A stretch of DNA of 64,000 bases from NCBI RefSeq assembly GCF_964213995.1, contig NC_135817.1, positions 70,928,001 through 70,992,000 on the forward strand. The letters run 5' to 3'. Each line of letters opens with the position of its first letter. Within the stretch, counting starts at the first letter, position 1. This document shows, piece after piece, positions 61,650-64,000 of this stretch. The notes beneath the pieces are model-generated. The model made no database searches, was not told the origin of the DNA, and worked only from the letters and a program-made list of their open reading frames with translations. The position numbers and the translations under genes are program-made. Source of the DNA: Mustelus asterias. Lineage: Eukaryota.

Positions 61650-63545
61650 CCCGTCGACAACAACTGGGGACTTGTGCCAAAACTGGAAGAGGAGTCCCAC
61701 AGACTAATCAATCAGCATCTGGACTTAAATATACTCAGATTCATACATTTCACCAACTCCAGCAACATCCAAGGCTCCTCATTACCACCTCTAGTGGCAG
61801 AATGGTATATAGTCAGGAGGGATAGGCTGTGATTGACTTCAACATTAATTCCATAAGTTTATAAAATGATGAAGGGGATAGATAGAGTGAACGTTCAAAG
61901 ACTATTCCCTCAGGTGGATGGAGCTATTACAAGGGGGCATAACTATAGGGTTCATGGTGGGAGATATAGGAAGGATATCAGAGGTAGGTTCTTTACGCAG
62001 AGAGTGGTTGGGGTGTGGAATGGACTGCCTGCAGTGATAGTGGAGTCAGACACTTTAGGAACATTTAAGCGGTTATTGGATAGGCACATGGAGCACACCA
62101 GGATGATAGGGAGTGGGATAGCTTGATCCTCGTTTCAGATAAAGCTTGGCACAACATCGTGGGCCGAAGGACCTGTTCTGTGCTGTACTGTTCTATGTTC
62201 TATAAGTAAAGTCTCATAGCACCAGATCAAACAAGGAAACTTTCTGCTGATTATCAGCTATCACCTTCCCTCGACCAGCAGTCGAAAAAACGTACCGAGA
62301 TAGTAAGGGCACAAAATATATTTTAGCTGGGTGGTACATTAGAATCACAACTATGTCGCTGCCAGATTGGGCCGGTCATAGGTGGTGAGAAAACCAACAT
62401 GAAGGAAAACCATGTCTGAACATGTCCTCACAAAGGTGTCACATGTGTGTTTACCCTTGACAGTACTGATTGGAGTAATTACTGCAAAGTCCTTCTGGAA
62501 CCAAGTCCCACCTTCACATTGAAGATTCGGCAGCACTACCCAATAGGATAGATTCAGAAGAAATCTAACACCTCAAATTTGGGGATCTCATGTGCCTTGA
62601 GCCATTAGCAGCATCAGAATTGTGTTAAACTGCGATCTGAAGCCTCATGGCCAGATATATTCCTCACACCAGCATTTCTATCAAGCTAGGGAACCAACTT
62701 CCATTCAATGAAGAATGCCAATGAGCATGCCAGGTGCAGCACCAGACATACTAAAAATGAGATGCTAAACAGATTAAGATACAAGATTACAAGTATGTTG
62801 GACAACAGAATCATCATAGTACACATATAACCAAGCGATTCCACATTCAACAGATTAGATCAAATCTCTGGAAACTTGTCATATCCAGTTGTGGACGGCG
62901 ATGGACTGTTACAACAACTAATGGAAGGAGGTGAGTCCATGAACACCCACATCCTCAATGGTGCTGGAGCTCAGTGCTAAAATGCAAAGAAAACAAGCTT
63001 GAAATATACACAACCATTTTCAAACAGAAGATGTGAATGGATAATCTCTCTCTGTCTCCACCCGAGATCCTCACTATCATAATGCAATGGAATATTCTCC
63101 ACTTGTCTGGTTGTGCAAAGTTCCAATAACACTCAAGATATTCCATCTACGACTGGCATTCCCATCCACTAACTTGAATCGTTTCTCCCTTCACTTTTGG
63201 TGCAATATGGTTGCAGTGTGTATCATTTACAAGATGCACTGCTGCACCTCACCAAGAGTTCTTGAACAGCACCTCCCAAACCAGCAAGCTCTATCAGAGA
63301 GAAGGACAAAGACAACAGGCGCATGGGAACACCCACACCAAGGCGAACATCTTCCTGAATTGGAAATACACCAGTATTTCTGCATTAAAATCCTGAAACT
63401 CCTTCCCAAACAACACTTGGGAGTACCTTCACCAGCACTTTTAGGCTGCACTTACCAAAACTTTTCAAGGGCACTTAGAGGTGGATAATAAATGCTGGCC
63501 TCGCCAGTAATATCTACATCCCATGATGGAATATAAAGATTAATA
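61650..63545 (+). mobile_element. Old degraded LINE remnant, clade unassigned; related 3' tails at about 3850-4230(-), 44590-44690(-) and 61555-61640(+)
   Basis: Shared 3' motif aagggca-ttag-gg-tgg-aataaatgctggcc-gccag; MEYSPLVW-like RT C-terminal remnant. Confidence 0.55.
61855..62203 (+). mobile_element. 3' fragment of the same CR1 family, inserted in an older LINE remnant
   Basis: Peptide nearly identical to the C-terminus of 10966..11904 (…DTLGTFKRLLDRHMEHTRMIGSGIA); TGTTCTA tail. Confidence 0.9.
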
Positions 63546-63684
63546 AGATGAATCACTGGTCCAATAGCATTTTTAGTATCTTCTGAAAAAGTGTCAATAT
63601 CTGCCAGAAGACAGTGCGATATTATAAGCAAACAATAATATATAAACATATAACCCATAATGCCTATTAACATGCAGTACAAAC

Positions 63685-63865
63685 CTCCGTTCCTAATTGT
63701 AATTTATCAATCAACTCATGAATATTGGATCTGGCAGCACTGGTTGTACTTGAACATTTTGATGTTACAAAACTTGCTGATTGCTGGTGGACAGGATTTT
63801 TTTTCATTACATGGTCAGTGCTCTGTTGTTTATATGCATTATTGGCAGCAATGTTTTCCCCAAGC
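63685..63865 (-). CDS. CIP2A: CIP2A (KIAA1524) internal exon, the most 5' one in the window
   Basis: ttcAG|G CTT...GAG|gtttgt. LGENIAANNAYKQQ...NIHELIDKLQLGTE matches human LGESIAANNAYRQQ...NIEELIEKLQSGMV. Confidence 0.9.
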
Positions 63866-64000
63866 CTGAAAGGAACAAAACAGCACAAGTGTAAAATTTG
63901 TCCTCGACCATTTCTATATTCAGGGCAACATATCACAGAATCACAGATTTGTTATGACACAGAAGGAGCCTATTTGATCCATCTTATCTGCACCAGCTCT

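Overview
Vertebrate nuclear DNA from a shark or other elasmobranch, inferred from about 20 HE1/V-SINE copies, CR1/HER1, Rex-Babar and Penelope-like elements. It is not prokaryotic, so most ORF-track entries are repeat artefacts. Two host genes were rebuilt from splice sites and reading frame. A B7-family HHLA2 (B7-H7) gene lies on + (signal peptide, IgV, IgC, IgV and TM exons, 20002-41406, all phase-1 introns). The 3' eight coding exons of CIP2A lie on - (63865-48734), converging on HHLA2 with no MYH15 between them. A probable terminal exon with an ITIM from an unidentified upstream receptor gene lies at 679-806. A near-intact, very young Gypsy (Mag-like) LTR retrotransposon sits antisense in an HHLA2 intron. 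It has no tRNA primer-binding site; instead a 13-nt fold-back covers its own poly(A) signal, and its RT has a YLDN motif. The most unusual element is about 250 bp in a CIP2A intron, with a head built from U1-, U4- and U2-snRNA-like segments (SINEU-like chimera). All homology calls come from remembered sequences, not database searches. Repeat boundaries are approximate unless a TSD is quoted.
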